DNA of 64,000 nucleotides from positions 67,358,588-67,422,587 of the forward strand of contig NC_057718.1 of assembly GCF_004010195.1 (NCBI RefSeq), given 5' to 3'. The position numbers and the translations under genes were made by a program. The notes beneath the pieces are model-generated. The model was not told the DNA's origin. It did not search any database and saw nothing but the letters and a program-made list of their open reading frames with translations. Within the stretch, counting starts at the first letter, position 1, and each line of letters starts with the position of its first letter. Shown piece by piece: positions 1 to 11,699 of this stretch. Source of the DNA: Chiloscyllium plagiosum. Taxonomy: Eukaryota.

Positions 1-539
1 GATAAGGGCACTACTGCTGCATCACAAGTGCTCTCAAGACCTAATTGTGGTATGATTTTCGAAATACATTCTCTATTACAATGCCTCAACCAATCATGGT
101 TGATTACACTGTGCCATGAGTAAATTGGTAAGGGTAAATAAGTTTTAAAAAGTTAAACGCATGACTAAATGATTGATATGGAAGGAACGAGTTTCAATTA
201 ATCAGATACTGGCACAGTATTAGAAAAAGAGAGTTCTATCATTGGGACAACTGTTGTGAATGTCTAGTTCGTGGTTCAGATGTTGTAGTATATAATCTTT
301 CATATTATGCATTCAAGTTTGGCAAAAAATAGAATAAATGCAATTGAACCCAATTGAAATCTAGTGCACTTCAAAGATTGTGGTTGGGTTACTTTACAAA
401 GTTAACAGCAAGGAAGGAAAAATAATCAAAATGCCAGATCTTAGTGCCTTCCAAAACGTTTAAAGCACTTTAGGAGGTTACCCACGTTTACTCAATAGAA
501 TCAGATTAGAAGAGGGGGAGGTGTAAAAGCTATAGGTGT

Positions 540-665
540 GGCTTCACTGTGACATTGAGAGTTGTGGAGATAAAGCCCAGGATCAGCCATAACCATACTG
601 CATGGTGCAGCAGGCTCAACAGGCCATGTAATCTACTCCTGCTCCTAGTTCTCGTGTTCTTGTGT
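540..665 (+). mobile_element. CR1 LINE 3' tail fragment
   Basis: gatcagccat...gcaggctc...ctactcctgctcctagttctcgtgttcttgtgt is a typical CR1 3' end. Confidence 0.6.
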
Positions 666-1377
666 AATTCCATGCCTATCTGTGTTTTATAGCCACAACC
701 TCTCATCACTGAATGTGAGTTAAGCTGAAGTATATAAATTAAGGGGTGTGACTCCATTTTCATGCAAAGTGACTAGATAACTTACTCCCACCTCTCAATT
801 CATTGAAGTGTCTGAAGGTCAGACCCCAACTTATCAAATTAGAACCCAAATTCCTTGACGTGCTATTTACTTCAGATGTGCTTGCTGTGGATCATTAAGG
901 TGTCTACCAAAAACCACATGCTATAGCTGTAACATCTCACTTGCCCTTCTAGCTTTAATTTGTTTGTATCCAGTAAATTATCCATCGTTTATATTCAATA
1001 TTCACTATTTACACTATAAATGTAAAAAGCATTCAATTTCCCCAGGACCAGTTTTAATTATTGTCCGAGTTTGGGGGAGGAAAAAGAAACTTAAAACCTC
1101 CTAATACAAACGGTACATCTACATAATAACTCAAATCCCCAGTTCTCAGGTGCTGCTATCTCCAGCTTTTTCTCTTGGACCGATCCTTTATGTAATAGGT
1201 CGGAACAGTGTCTCTCCACTTATCGCTTCAAATTGAAATTCCTGTATTTAAGTACTTGGCCTCACAATACTTCATCTAACCAGCCAATTTCATGCCACAT
1301 ACCTGTCTTCAAGTAATGCATCTGCATTCACTCCATCATGACTTCCCTGTTCTTGTAATCTATACCTTGATTCATAA

Positions 1378-2516
1378 AGTCAAAAAGCACACAACACCGG
1401 CTTATAACCCAACAGGTTTATTTGAAACTGTAAGCTTTCAGGGCCCTAGCTTTCCTCAGGCAGCTGGTGAGAGAGAATACATCAGACCCAGAATTTATAA
1501 GTAAAAGATCAAAGGGTTATACAACTTATACGAATGCATTGAAAAAACCTAGATGGCTATTAAGTCTTTAATCAATAAGAATGGAGATGCAGGTTTTGAT
1601 TTGATTAATATGTAAATCTCAGAACTTCTTTCAAGTCCACTGCCCAAGATAACAGCCTCAACCGGGATTTTGGGTTCATGTCACACTACAGGTGACCTCA
1701 GCACACTATTCACTCTCACACATGGGCAAATACACACACACACACACACACTCACTCACACAAGCACACATATACTCTCACACAGGCATGTATTCCCTTA
1801 CACTTGTGCACACTCTGTCAAGCACACACACTCATACGCATGTATATAAACACATATACTTCCTCACACTCACAAACACTCTTGCAAGTGCGCATGCATG
1901 CACACACACAGACACCCCCCCCCCCCCCCCAACAATATCTCTCTCTCACACACATGCTCTCTCTCTCCCTCTCACACACACAAATCTAGGGGGTGAATTT
2001 GCATTTGCAGATTTGTATTTGCAGATACATTCTGTTTGTTCAAAAAGCACATGATCTGTAGACAGTCAGTCAATGTGGCATTTTATAAATTCCTACTTTG
2101 GAAATAAAACCAATCTGATTCCAGATTGAAATACAAACAGACACTAAACAAAGCTCACACCTAAAATGCATTGTCTAACCTGAGGTGTCAGCTTTATACT
2201 GATAAGTTATCTTGGGCAGTGACTTGAAAGAAATTCTGGGACTTACACATCAATCAGATGAAGCCTGCAGCTCCATTCTAACTGATTAAAGACTCAACAA
2301 CCCTCTAGGTTTGTTCAAAACATTTGCATAAATTGCATGACCCTTTGATGTTTTACTTATAAATTCTGGGTCTGATGTATTCTCTGTAACTAGCTGCCTG
2401 AGGAAGGAGCAGGGCTCCGAAATCTTACGGTTTCAAATAAACCTGTTTGACTTTAACCCGGTGTTGTGTGATTTTTGACTTTGTCCACCCCAGTCCAACA
2501 CCAGTACATCCACATC
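1378..2516. mobile_element. Non-autonomous Penelope-like element with inverted termini
   Basis: 1378-1653 is an inverted copy of about 2206-2480. A hammerhead-like core CTGAGGA-aGGAGCaggGCTCC-GAAA lies at 2398-2422. The same terminus recurs at 59235-59390 and 63935-64000. Confidence 0.7.
1700..1985. repeat. Degenerate (CA)n/(CT)n microsatellite with a poly-C run
   Basis: Seen directly in the sequence. Confidence 0.9.
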
Positions 2517-2616
2517 GATTTGATAGAGGCATGTGTCCAAATGCCATTTTCACCACATTACTAAAGTGCCTTTTTACCTTCAGAGATCTAAAGACATACA
2601 CTCCAAATTCCATTTA

Positions 2617-5260
2617 GAGAACAGAGATCATAGAACTGTACAGTGAAGGAACAGGCCCTTTGGGTGACGATATTGTGCCGAACATGACACCAAATTAAAA
2701 GGATCCCTTCTGCCTGCTCAGTGTCCATATCCCTCCATTCCTTGTATATTCATATTAATATCTAAAAGTCCCTTAGATGCCCTTATCGTATCCGCCTCCA
2801 CTACCAACCCTGGTAGTGTGTCCAGATTCCTACCACTCTCTGTGTAAAAAACCTGCCCCTCACATCTCCTTTGAACTTTCCTGCTGCCACCTTAAATGCA
2901 TGCCCCCTAGTATTAAACATTTCAACCCTGGGAAAAAGATTCTGACTGTCAACCAAATCGATGCATCTCAATTTTATTTACTTCTATCAAGTCTTGTCTC
3001 AGTCTCTGCTGCTCAAGAGAAAACAACCTGAGTTTTTCTAGCCTCTTTAATATCTCATACCTTCTAATCCAGGCAACATCCTGATAAACCTCTTTTACAC
3101 ACTCTCCAAAGCCTCCACATCCTTCCTGTAATGTGGCGAGCAGAATTAAACACAATACTTGAAGTGTGGCCTAACCAAAGTCTAATAAAGCTACAACATG
3201 ACATCCTGACCCTTGTACTCAATGCCCCAAACAATAAAGGCAAGCATACCATGCGCCCTCTTTACCAGCCTATCTACTTGGCTGGCCACTTTTAGGAAGA
3301 TTTGGAATTTAACCCTAAGATCCTTCTGTACATCAGTGCTATTCAGAGTCCTGCCATTGACTGTATACTTTTCCTTAACATCTGATCTCCCAAGGGCAGC
3401 ACCTCACACTTACCTGGATTAAATGCCATATGCTATTTCTCCACCCATATCTGCAACTGATCTATATCCCACTGTATCCTTTGACAACCTTCTACACGAT
3501 CCACAATTCCATTAATCATTGTTTCATCTACAAAGTTACTAATCCACCCATCTACATTTTCATTCAAGTCATTTATATATATCACAAACAGAGTTCCCAG
3601 TATGGATCCCCACGGTGCACGACTTAGTCATGGACCTCCAGCCCAAAAAACACCATTCCACCACTACCCTCTGTCTTCTATGGGCAAGTCAATCCTGAAT
3701 CCACTTGCCAAGTCACCAATAATCCTATAAATCTTAATCTTCTGGATATGCCTACCATGAGGGACCTTCTCGAAAGCCTTACTTAAATCCATGTAAACAA
3801 CATTCACGGCTCTACCTTCATCAATCACCTTTGCCACCTCCTCAAAAAATTCAATCAAGTTAGTATGATCTGACCTGCCCTACACAAAACCATGCTGACT
3901 GTCCCTAATTAGCCCATGCTTTCCCAAACGTGTATAAATCATTTACTTAAGAATTCTCTCCAAAACGTTCCCAACCACTGATCTATAGTTTCCTGGATTA
4001 TCCCTATTTCCCTTCTTGGAGAGAGGAACAACATTCGCCACTTACCAGTCTTCTGGTTGCTAGCAAGGATATGAAGATCCTGGTCAAAGCCCCAGAAATC
4101 TCCTCTCTTGCCTCTCTCAAAAACCTGGGGTAGATACCATTGGGCCCTAGTCATTTATCCACTTTAATGCTCTTCAAGAGATCCAACACCATTTCTTTCT
4201 TGATCTCAAAATGTTCTCTCATATTATCATGCTTGACACAAATCTGTCATCCTCCATAACCTTTTCTTGGCCGAATACTGATGCAAAGTACTAATTTAGA
4301 ATCTCACCCACATCCTCTGCTTCCAAGCACAAGTTCCTTCCTTAATCCTTGACTGGTGCTACCTTCCCCCCTAGTTATCCTTTTGTTGTTAATGTAGAAT
4401 GCCTTAGAATTCTCTTTAACCCTACGTGCCTAGATCATTTCATGGCCCCATCTTGTTCCCCTAATTACCTGCTTTCCTGCTTTCTTCATATTCCTCAATG
4501 TCCTGACAGATTGTAATTTCCCAAACCTTACATTGGCTCCTTTTTCCCTTTTGACTAACTTCACAACCTCCCTCATTATCCAAGAGTCCCTTACCTTGTT
4601 ATCCTTGTCTTTCCTCCTTACAGGAACATGCCAGTCTTGAACACTCCCTAGCAGGTCTTTAAACAGCTCCTACATGTCAAATGTGGACTTGCCTGATAAC
4701 GACTCCTCTCAATCAACACACTCTAGTTCCTGCCTAATACTGATGTAATTTGCCCTCCCCCAGTTTGGTGCCTTTCCACAAGGTCCTGACTTATACTTGT
4801 TCATAGCTATCTTAAAACTTAAGGAGTGGTGATCACTGTTTCCAAAATGCTCTCCAACTGAAAGGTCAGTCACCTGGCCAGGTCCATTAGCCAATTCAGG
4901 GTCCATTATGACCTCTCTGTTAGTTGGGCTATCCACATACTGTTTCAAGAAACTCGCTTGCCTCTTGCTCTAAGGAAGTCCCAGTCAGTATTGGGAAATT
5001 TAAAATCACCCACTATGACAAGTCTCTTTTTATTGCACCCTTCCATAATCTGGCAGGTCAGACAGCATCCGAGGAGCAAGAGGAACTTTCTTTAGGGCCC
5101 AGTCCTGAAGAAGGGTCCTGCCGAAGCATCAACTCTTTTGCTCCTCAGATGCTGTCTGACCTGCTGTGCTTTTTCCAGCGCCATGATTTATCAACTCTGA
5201 CTCTCCAGTCCTCACTCTCCCCCTTCCATAATCTATCTCCGTATTTGTTCCTCAATGTCT
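2617..5260 (-). mobile_element. CR1 LINE, decayed ORF2 (EN/RT) with 3' end at 2617
   Basis: ORF fragments EFFEEVAKVIDEGRAVNVVYMDLSKAFEKVPH and QYVDSPT..GEHFGNSDH. Confidence 0.9.
5052..5220. mobile_element. Penelope mini-element (palindromic) inserted in a CR1
   Basis: 14-bp TSD cccttccataatct at 5038-5051 and 5221-5234; contains a ctgaagaagggtcc..ccgaag core. Confidence 0.8.
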
Positions 5261-5339
5261 CAGTGGCTGTTGGCCTATAATATAATCTTGTTCTCAGAAA
5301 TTCCTTGTGTCATGCACTATTTAAATATTTTCTTGTCAA

Positions 5340-6215
5340 ATTACTTCTTCCAACGTGTTTTAACAGTTAAATTCCATCTGCCACTTATTTGCTCATTTGA
5401 CCTTCCCCTTTATTTTTCTTATACCCAAACTCCCTATTAACCATCCAACGAATCTTTGTGTCATCCGCAAACTTACTAATCCAACCTCCATACAATCATT
5501 TATGTCATTTATATACATGATAAATAATAGGGACCATAATAATTGTGGCATTTATACTGGCTTCTAATTACTGAAGCAGTCTTCTGTCATCACACTCCGT
5601 CACCTAAGCAGAACCAATTTTGAATCCACTTTATCAAACCTCCCAGCATCCCATTTTCATTTGCCTTCTCGATTAGTTTCCAATGTGGGATCCTGTCAAA
5701 GACTTGGATGAAATCCATATAAACTGCATCAATTGCACTACCTACTCAAAGAATTCAAGCAAATTTGTTCGGCATAACCTCCCTCTGACAAAGCCATGCT
5801 GACGATCCCTCATCAATTCTTTGCCTCTCCAGGTAGAGATAGATGCTTTCCTTCTAAATTTTCTTTACTAATTTCCCTTCCATTGATATGAGGCTCACTG
5901 ATCTGTAGTTCACTGGCTTATTTCTGTAACCCTTCTTAAATATCAGAACCGCATCAGCTGTTCTCCAGTCCTTTGGCACCTACCCAGTGGTCAAAGCAGA
6001 TTTAAAGATTTGGGTGAGTGCCCCTGCAATCTCCTCCCTCGCCTCCCACAACAGCCTGGGACACAATTCATCCAGACATGGAGATTTGTTCACTTTTAAG
6101 CCTGCCAACACCAGCAATATCTTGTCCTTCCCTATATCAATTTGCTCAAGCGCCTTGCAGTCTCTCCCCCAGATCCCACACCTTCAGCCTCATTCTTTTG
6201 AGTGAAGATGGATGC
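5340..6215 (-). mobile_element. CR1 LINE RT fragment
   Basis: Antisense of the RT motifs (gtcatccgcaaactt = KFADD; aaatccatataaac = VYMDF). Confidence 0.8.
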
Positions 6216-6641
6216 GAAGTCTTTGCTGATCCTACCTATGTTATTGGTACCTATATGGATCACAGCAGCTCTCTCCCACTTTCTCTCCTACTCCAAGTGA
6301 ATAACTGGAGGTATTTGCAGACACCAAGAAATGGGTCAGGCTTTTGAAACATTGAAAGATGGACGAGATGCAGTATTTGAATACTAGGCAGGTGTCCTGA
6401 TTCCTGATCGGCGTGACATACTGAGCAGCATGTAAGGTTGGTGGTGCAATAATTGTGAGACATTATGTCATGTGAAATACCCTCGCAAATGTTGACTACC
6501 ATGTGACATCATTAAATTTCTTCCAGCACTATTCTCAGATATTTTAATCTAGATTCCAAGAGTTGACCTTCCTTGACACTGCCCCAACGTCTTCATATGA
6601 TCTCCCAGCTCCCCACAGAAATGTGGTAATTGTCCGGTTTC

Positions 6642-7126
6642 CCTCCATATCATATTGTATTTCCTACTTCCTCGATCTTATTTATAATCATAGCACCAGT
6701 GACTTCATCAGTGACCAATACTGCATAGCTCTGAAAAGGCAATTTGAAACATATTAAAAGGTACTGAACATTTGAGCTTTAGTATTTATCTTGTTCTTTA
6801 GTAGCTATGAAACAGTGCACATGGAACTCAGAGCTACATATTGCAGAAAATCTTGCTCCTATTATTTTGGTGATGTTCACAATCTAAATATTCACATTCA
6901 AACAATCCTAGTTTTACAACACAGAAGTTCACGTGCTTGCTCAAGTTTTCTGAAAGAACTCTCCACTTCAGTATAGCATTCCCCTACCCTTGTGTAACAT
7001 CTTTTATGCATTTTGCTTATTAAAATCTTCGAATTTTTAATCATTTTGGATTTTTCTGGAATCTGAAGTCACTGGACTTGAAATGTTAACTGTGCTTTCT
7101 CTCCGTATGCTGCGAGACCTGCTCAG
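6642..7126 (-). repeat. Left arm of a local inverted duplication (partner 7690-8177)
   Basis: High-identity reverse-complement match; ORFs 6791-6976(+) and 7844-8047(-) translate almost identically. Confidence 0.95.
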
Positions 7127-7689
7127 CATCTGTGAACTAAGAAGACCCAAGTTACTCCATTTCCCTTCCTTTCGAAACAATGACAGCCAGCAGTAGTCTC
7201 TCCTGATTAAGTGCAGCTGACCTCAGGAGGAACAGTCTATACTTAAGGGATTAATTGGAACATGTATTAGGTTCTCTTGCTGTTAGACTTCTTGTTTTAC
7301 AAAGCCAAAATCAGCAAGGGCCGATATAAAGGTCAATTTACTTTACAGAAGAGATCCGTCTGACATGTTGCTGCATTAAAACACACTTACATTAAAACGC
7401 AGCATCCAATAGTGACATTTGAAAGTGCAAAACATTTTAAACATCTTTCAGATATTTTCCAAAACCTCAGCAGAATTCCCCCAGTGGTCATAAACTCTCC
7501 AAGATTGATAGAGGCGTTCAAGATTTGATAAAATAAAAGAAAGAGAGGTTTCCACTGGTTCAAAGAGCCACCAATTAGTGGCCATACATTTAGGAACTTC
7601 ACCAGTAGAATGAAGGAGAGGTTAAGAAAATAAAACAAAGAATTGTGGATGCTGAAGATCTGAAACAAAAACAGAAATTTCTGAAGAAA

Positions 7690-8177
7690 CTGAGCAGGTC
7701 TCGCAGCATATGGAGAGAAAGCACAGTTAACATTTCAAACCCAGTGACCCTTCTTCAGATTTCAGAAAATCCAAAATAATTAAAAATTCGAAGATTTTAA
7801 TGAGCAAAATACATAAAGGATGTTACACAAGGGTAGGGGGATGCTATACTGAAGTGAAGAGTTCTTTCAGAAAGCTTGAGCAAGCACGTGAACTTCTGTG
7901 TTGTAAAACTAGGATTGTTTGAATGTAAATATTTAGATAGTGAACATCACCAAAATAATAGGAGCAAGATTTTCTGCAATATGTAGCTCTGAGTTCCATG
8001 TGCACTGTTTCATCGCTACTAAAGACATGATAAATACTAAAGCTCAAATGTTCAGTACCTTTTAATATGTTTCAAGTTGCCCTTTCAGAGTTATGCAGTA
8101 TTGGTCACTGATGAAGTCACTGGTGCTATGATTATAAATAAGATCGAGGAAGTAGGAAATACAATATGATATGGAGG
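7690..8177 (+). repeat. Right arm of the inverted duplication; starts inside a Penelope terminus (about 7630-7760)
   Basis: Reverse-complement match to 6642-7126. Confidence 0.95.
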
Positions 8178-8609
8178 ACCTATGGACCAAGGACTAATGA
8201 TTTATCCTTGCCGGAGCTGTACTGTGTGCATTAGTTTTCTCTTAATAAAGATACCTTCACTGACATCAACGACAAGTGTTCAGAGAATAATTGATCTTTA
8301 TATCCAAACATTATGTGATGACAATTAACAAAGTGAACAGGCTGTCTGGGTATGTTGCTTGCATTCAGCTTCCCAGAACTAATTCAGGCTCTGCATTGAG
8401 CCTCTATCAAGTTGTTCAAGGCTATGATGCTGCATGGAAAAGAGCATTAAGTTTGTTCTTTGCTCACTGAGAGATGACCCCTAAAGAGTAACCTGCAAAT
8501 GAGGGTTTTTCAACTTTGAAATGTCAACAGCAAGTGCTTTATTAACATCTCTGAAGGGTTAAAGCTTAAAAGGTTAGACAAAGTAAATTTGAAATATTAC
8601 TTACTGACA

Positions 8610-8790
8610 AAGTGCTGAAGAAACCCAGCATATCTGGCAGCAACTGTCAAGAGACAAACAGTTCAAGAACAATTCTGAAGAAGAGTTTTACTGGACTCGA
8701 GGTTGTGACCCTGCTTCTCTCTCCACAGTTGAGTTCCTTCAGCGTTTCCTGTATTTATTTTAGATTTTCAGCATCTGTCGTATTTTGCCT
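8610..8790. mobile_element. Decayed Penelope mini-element
   Basis: gtgctgaagaaacccagcatatctggcagc...ctgaagaagagtt...tttagattttcagcatctg. Confidence 0.6.
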
Positions 8791-9543
8791 TCATTATGCT
8801 CAGACATGCTAGAACAACAGGACATGTGGAATCAGGCTCTGGTATCTGAAGAAAGGTTTAGGGCAGGTATTGGGAATATTTCCACATACAGAGGATAATG
8901 AGCTGATGGTCAGGAAGGATGTTAGAGACATAGGTTTGTGAAACAGCTAAATAGTATAATGTGAAGGCAGTCAATTTGATATTCTGGAAAGATGGGATTG
9001 AATAGATCTTCTTCATTCAATTCCATCTTGTGAAATAATCAAATATGTGAAATATTACCTATGACTATCATTGCTTTACTTGTCACAATCAAGATAAATG
9101 CAGAAATCAATATTTACGCTATACATTCCTTCTAAATAAAGGACTATTCTAATTTTATGCAATCTAAGCAACAAATAGCTTGCAAAAAACTTCAGATAGA
9201 GAGAGGAAGGTTCAAAAATGTTTTAAAAGCTTTGACCATCACTGTTTCACAGCTGCTAATATTGTGAAAGATGGTAACAGATATACCAGGATAAGGACAT
9301 CAAGCCACAACTCCATGGCTGCATATCAGTATAGTGTTTGATGAACATGCAAAGAAAATACAATGGTTAAAATTAGATTCTGCAAGTGACAATCAATTAT
9401 TTAACTTAATTAATGTTATCTTCATATTAATGCAATTAGTATGCCAATTCTTTATAAACATGAATACTTTGTGGTGTGCCCTTCTCCCTGGGGTCATGGC
9501 TATGTTTCAAAAGTGACATGTTAATAAAAGTCTCAAAATAATC

Positions 9544-10345
9544 ATGTTTCAACACAAAACAAAAAATAAATTAGAAATAGAAGAGATAGTATTTCGCAAA
9601 GCCAAACATTTCTGTACTTCTAATTAATCCAAACCTGTCCTGCAAAATGTATATACTTCATAAAAAGTTTAAAACTGTTTATTTATGCTAAATGTTCTGT
9701 ACTATATACAAACCAAGGTGATTCAGGATTTCCAAAACAAATTATGAACAACGAATATAAAAATCTCAATTGTATTGTAAAAGAAGAGCTTGAGATCAGT
9801 CATGAAAATTTAGAAATGTCAGAGAAATCTCAAAGTTTCTTCATTGACATTGCTTCAAGTTGAGATGGTTAACACTATTGCCATAATATTTGTTATAGTA
9901 GAAATAAATACAGAAGTTGACTTGTCTTCACCCCTGTGGACCTTATCAGTCAGCAGCAAAAAAATCGTCATTGAAATGGAAGACTTGCCGATGAATGTTG
10001 GTGAGATATTCATCATTGTTGGCATCATAGTACATCAAATTCCATCTTGATTAAATATCTTGCAAACACCCAGCAAAGAATATTGGGATGCCAATCAGGA
10101 GCAATAGTCCTAGGTGATGTTTCTTTCCCCTTCGTATCCCAGGAACACTGTAGTATCCCAGCCTGGATTTTCTGATGGCCAGACAGTCATTATTCCTGTG
10201 TGAATGGGAGTTACATATGGCGACTCTGCAGAGTACCTTTCTTAACAGATGTCAAAGACATCACCCAAGAAATTTAAGATTCTACTGTATGCCTGTAACC
10301 CACCAAAGTCTCCATTTAAATCATAAAGTTATGAGTTCCATTGAA
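9544..10345 (+). pseudogene. GREB1-like N-terminal segment
   Basis: One frame gives IEEIVFRK..TSN*SKPVLQNVY (GREB1 FEEVLHN..RSN..RPIFSQLY), LPMNVGEIFIIVGIIVHQIPS*L (EPMDVPAGFLLVGVKSPSLPDHL), PGFS (LGFS) and TSPKKFKILLY at 10258-10290 (TQPKKQKHLKY). Confidence 0.75.
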
Positions 10346-11699
10346 ATTAAGTAGATAGTCACTCAGGTAAAGTTAGCCTGTTAAACATATACTCTAGCTT
10401 CTGAGTACCTATTCAACTGACTCCCTATGTACCTCACACACCCACACCTATATCTCCCCCACATACCTTTTACAGATCTTGACCGATACCTCCTGCAACC
10501 TGAATCCCCTTTGCTCACTCCACCCCAACCTACCCCTTCCTGTGCCAATGGACTCAAACTGACACTCCTTTCCTGCTGCCTGGTGCAGTCTTCCCTTCCC
10601 TTCACAACACTCCACTCCTCTTTCCACCATCCTACTACTGGTCCTATCCCCAACTGACACACCACTGACTTCTCCTCAAGACTTAACCTGACCCCATCCC
10701 TCCTGCCACTAGACCCAACCCAACAATCCTGCCACCTGCCTCTGGATCACTATCAGGCTCAAACACCCACTCTCCCCTACCCTTGCCTCTGCCACACTCA
10801 ATTTCTCCCACACACACACCCATCTACTTAAACATTGTATCCCGAATCTGGTCTTCTTCCCATCTTGCAATCTGGCACCCTAGCCACTTGACATCCTACC
10901 TCCTTCCCACTTGCTATCCTACTCATTTGGTACAGCTGACTACTGTGAGAAAGGGATGTAATTTACCTTCCTCTAACAGCTCTACATTACAAAATAACTG
11001 TCAGAATGAAAAATGGCTCCACATTTCTGAGGGAGACTTAAGCAGTATCTCCTCTCAGAAATGCAAAGCTCCTTCTTTCTATACGCTGTTTCAAAAAAAC
11101 ACAAATTGAAGCATAAGAATTTCTCATGTTTTTGATATAGATAATGTTGTATTAGATAATGATGTAATGGTTTAAATAATAACAACAATAATAATAATAA
11201 TTCAGAAATGAACCTAGAACCAAGCTCACCCAAAAGATAAAACCAATTGAGAAACAAGCAGTAAAACCTGGAAATGAACTTGCTATTCATACTGAGCTCT
11301 ATTTTGAAGTATTCAAGTTGGGCCAGTATGTATCTCTCACAAATTACATCTGTGTTTATGTCTGGGAAGGAGAAACAAAAGCTGGGACCCAGGTTTACAC
11401 AAACTTGGGCATCAATCCTTACTTTATAAATAACAGTGTATGGTCACAACTTGCGAGTTGGTTTGCCAGCTGCAATAAGATCTATGTGGGTCAGCTGCTT
11501 TGCTGGCAATGACCCTCAGATTGATCACGAGAAGGAGTAAGAAAACGGGAAGAGGACCTGTTGAGTAGCAGCAAGCGGCATTGGATACATTGTGAAGATA
11601 GGAAGAATCCCTGATTCTCTTGGCTTCACATAAAGATGAAATTTTAAAATGTTGTCAGTTTATTGGTGGCTCTTTTCACTCAAATTTCTCTGTGGATTA

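Larger units (their letters stand above)
6280..9543 (+). pseudogene. Decayed coding-like DNA upstream of the GREB1-like region (N-terminal extension or neighbouring ORF; unassigned)
   Basis: Non-repeat islands give long protein-like + strand runs with scattered stops, e.g. VLLLLDFLFYKAKISKGRYKGQFTLQKRSV*HVAALKHTY, SVQRIIDLYIQTLCDD and HEYFVVCPSPWGHGYV. I recognised no family. Confidence 0.35.

Noticed and set aside
1692..2054. His/Thr-rich 120-aa ORF
   Set aside because: It is a translation of the (CA)n microsatellite.
10967..11086. Minus-strand exon-like segment with good splice signals
   Set aside because: It has stops in all three frames and no recognisable homology.
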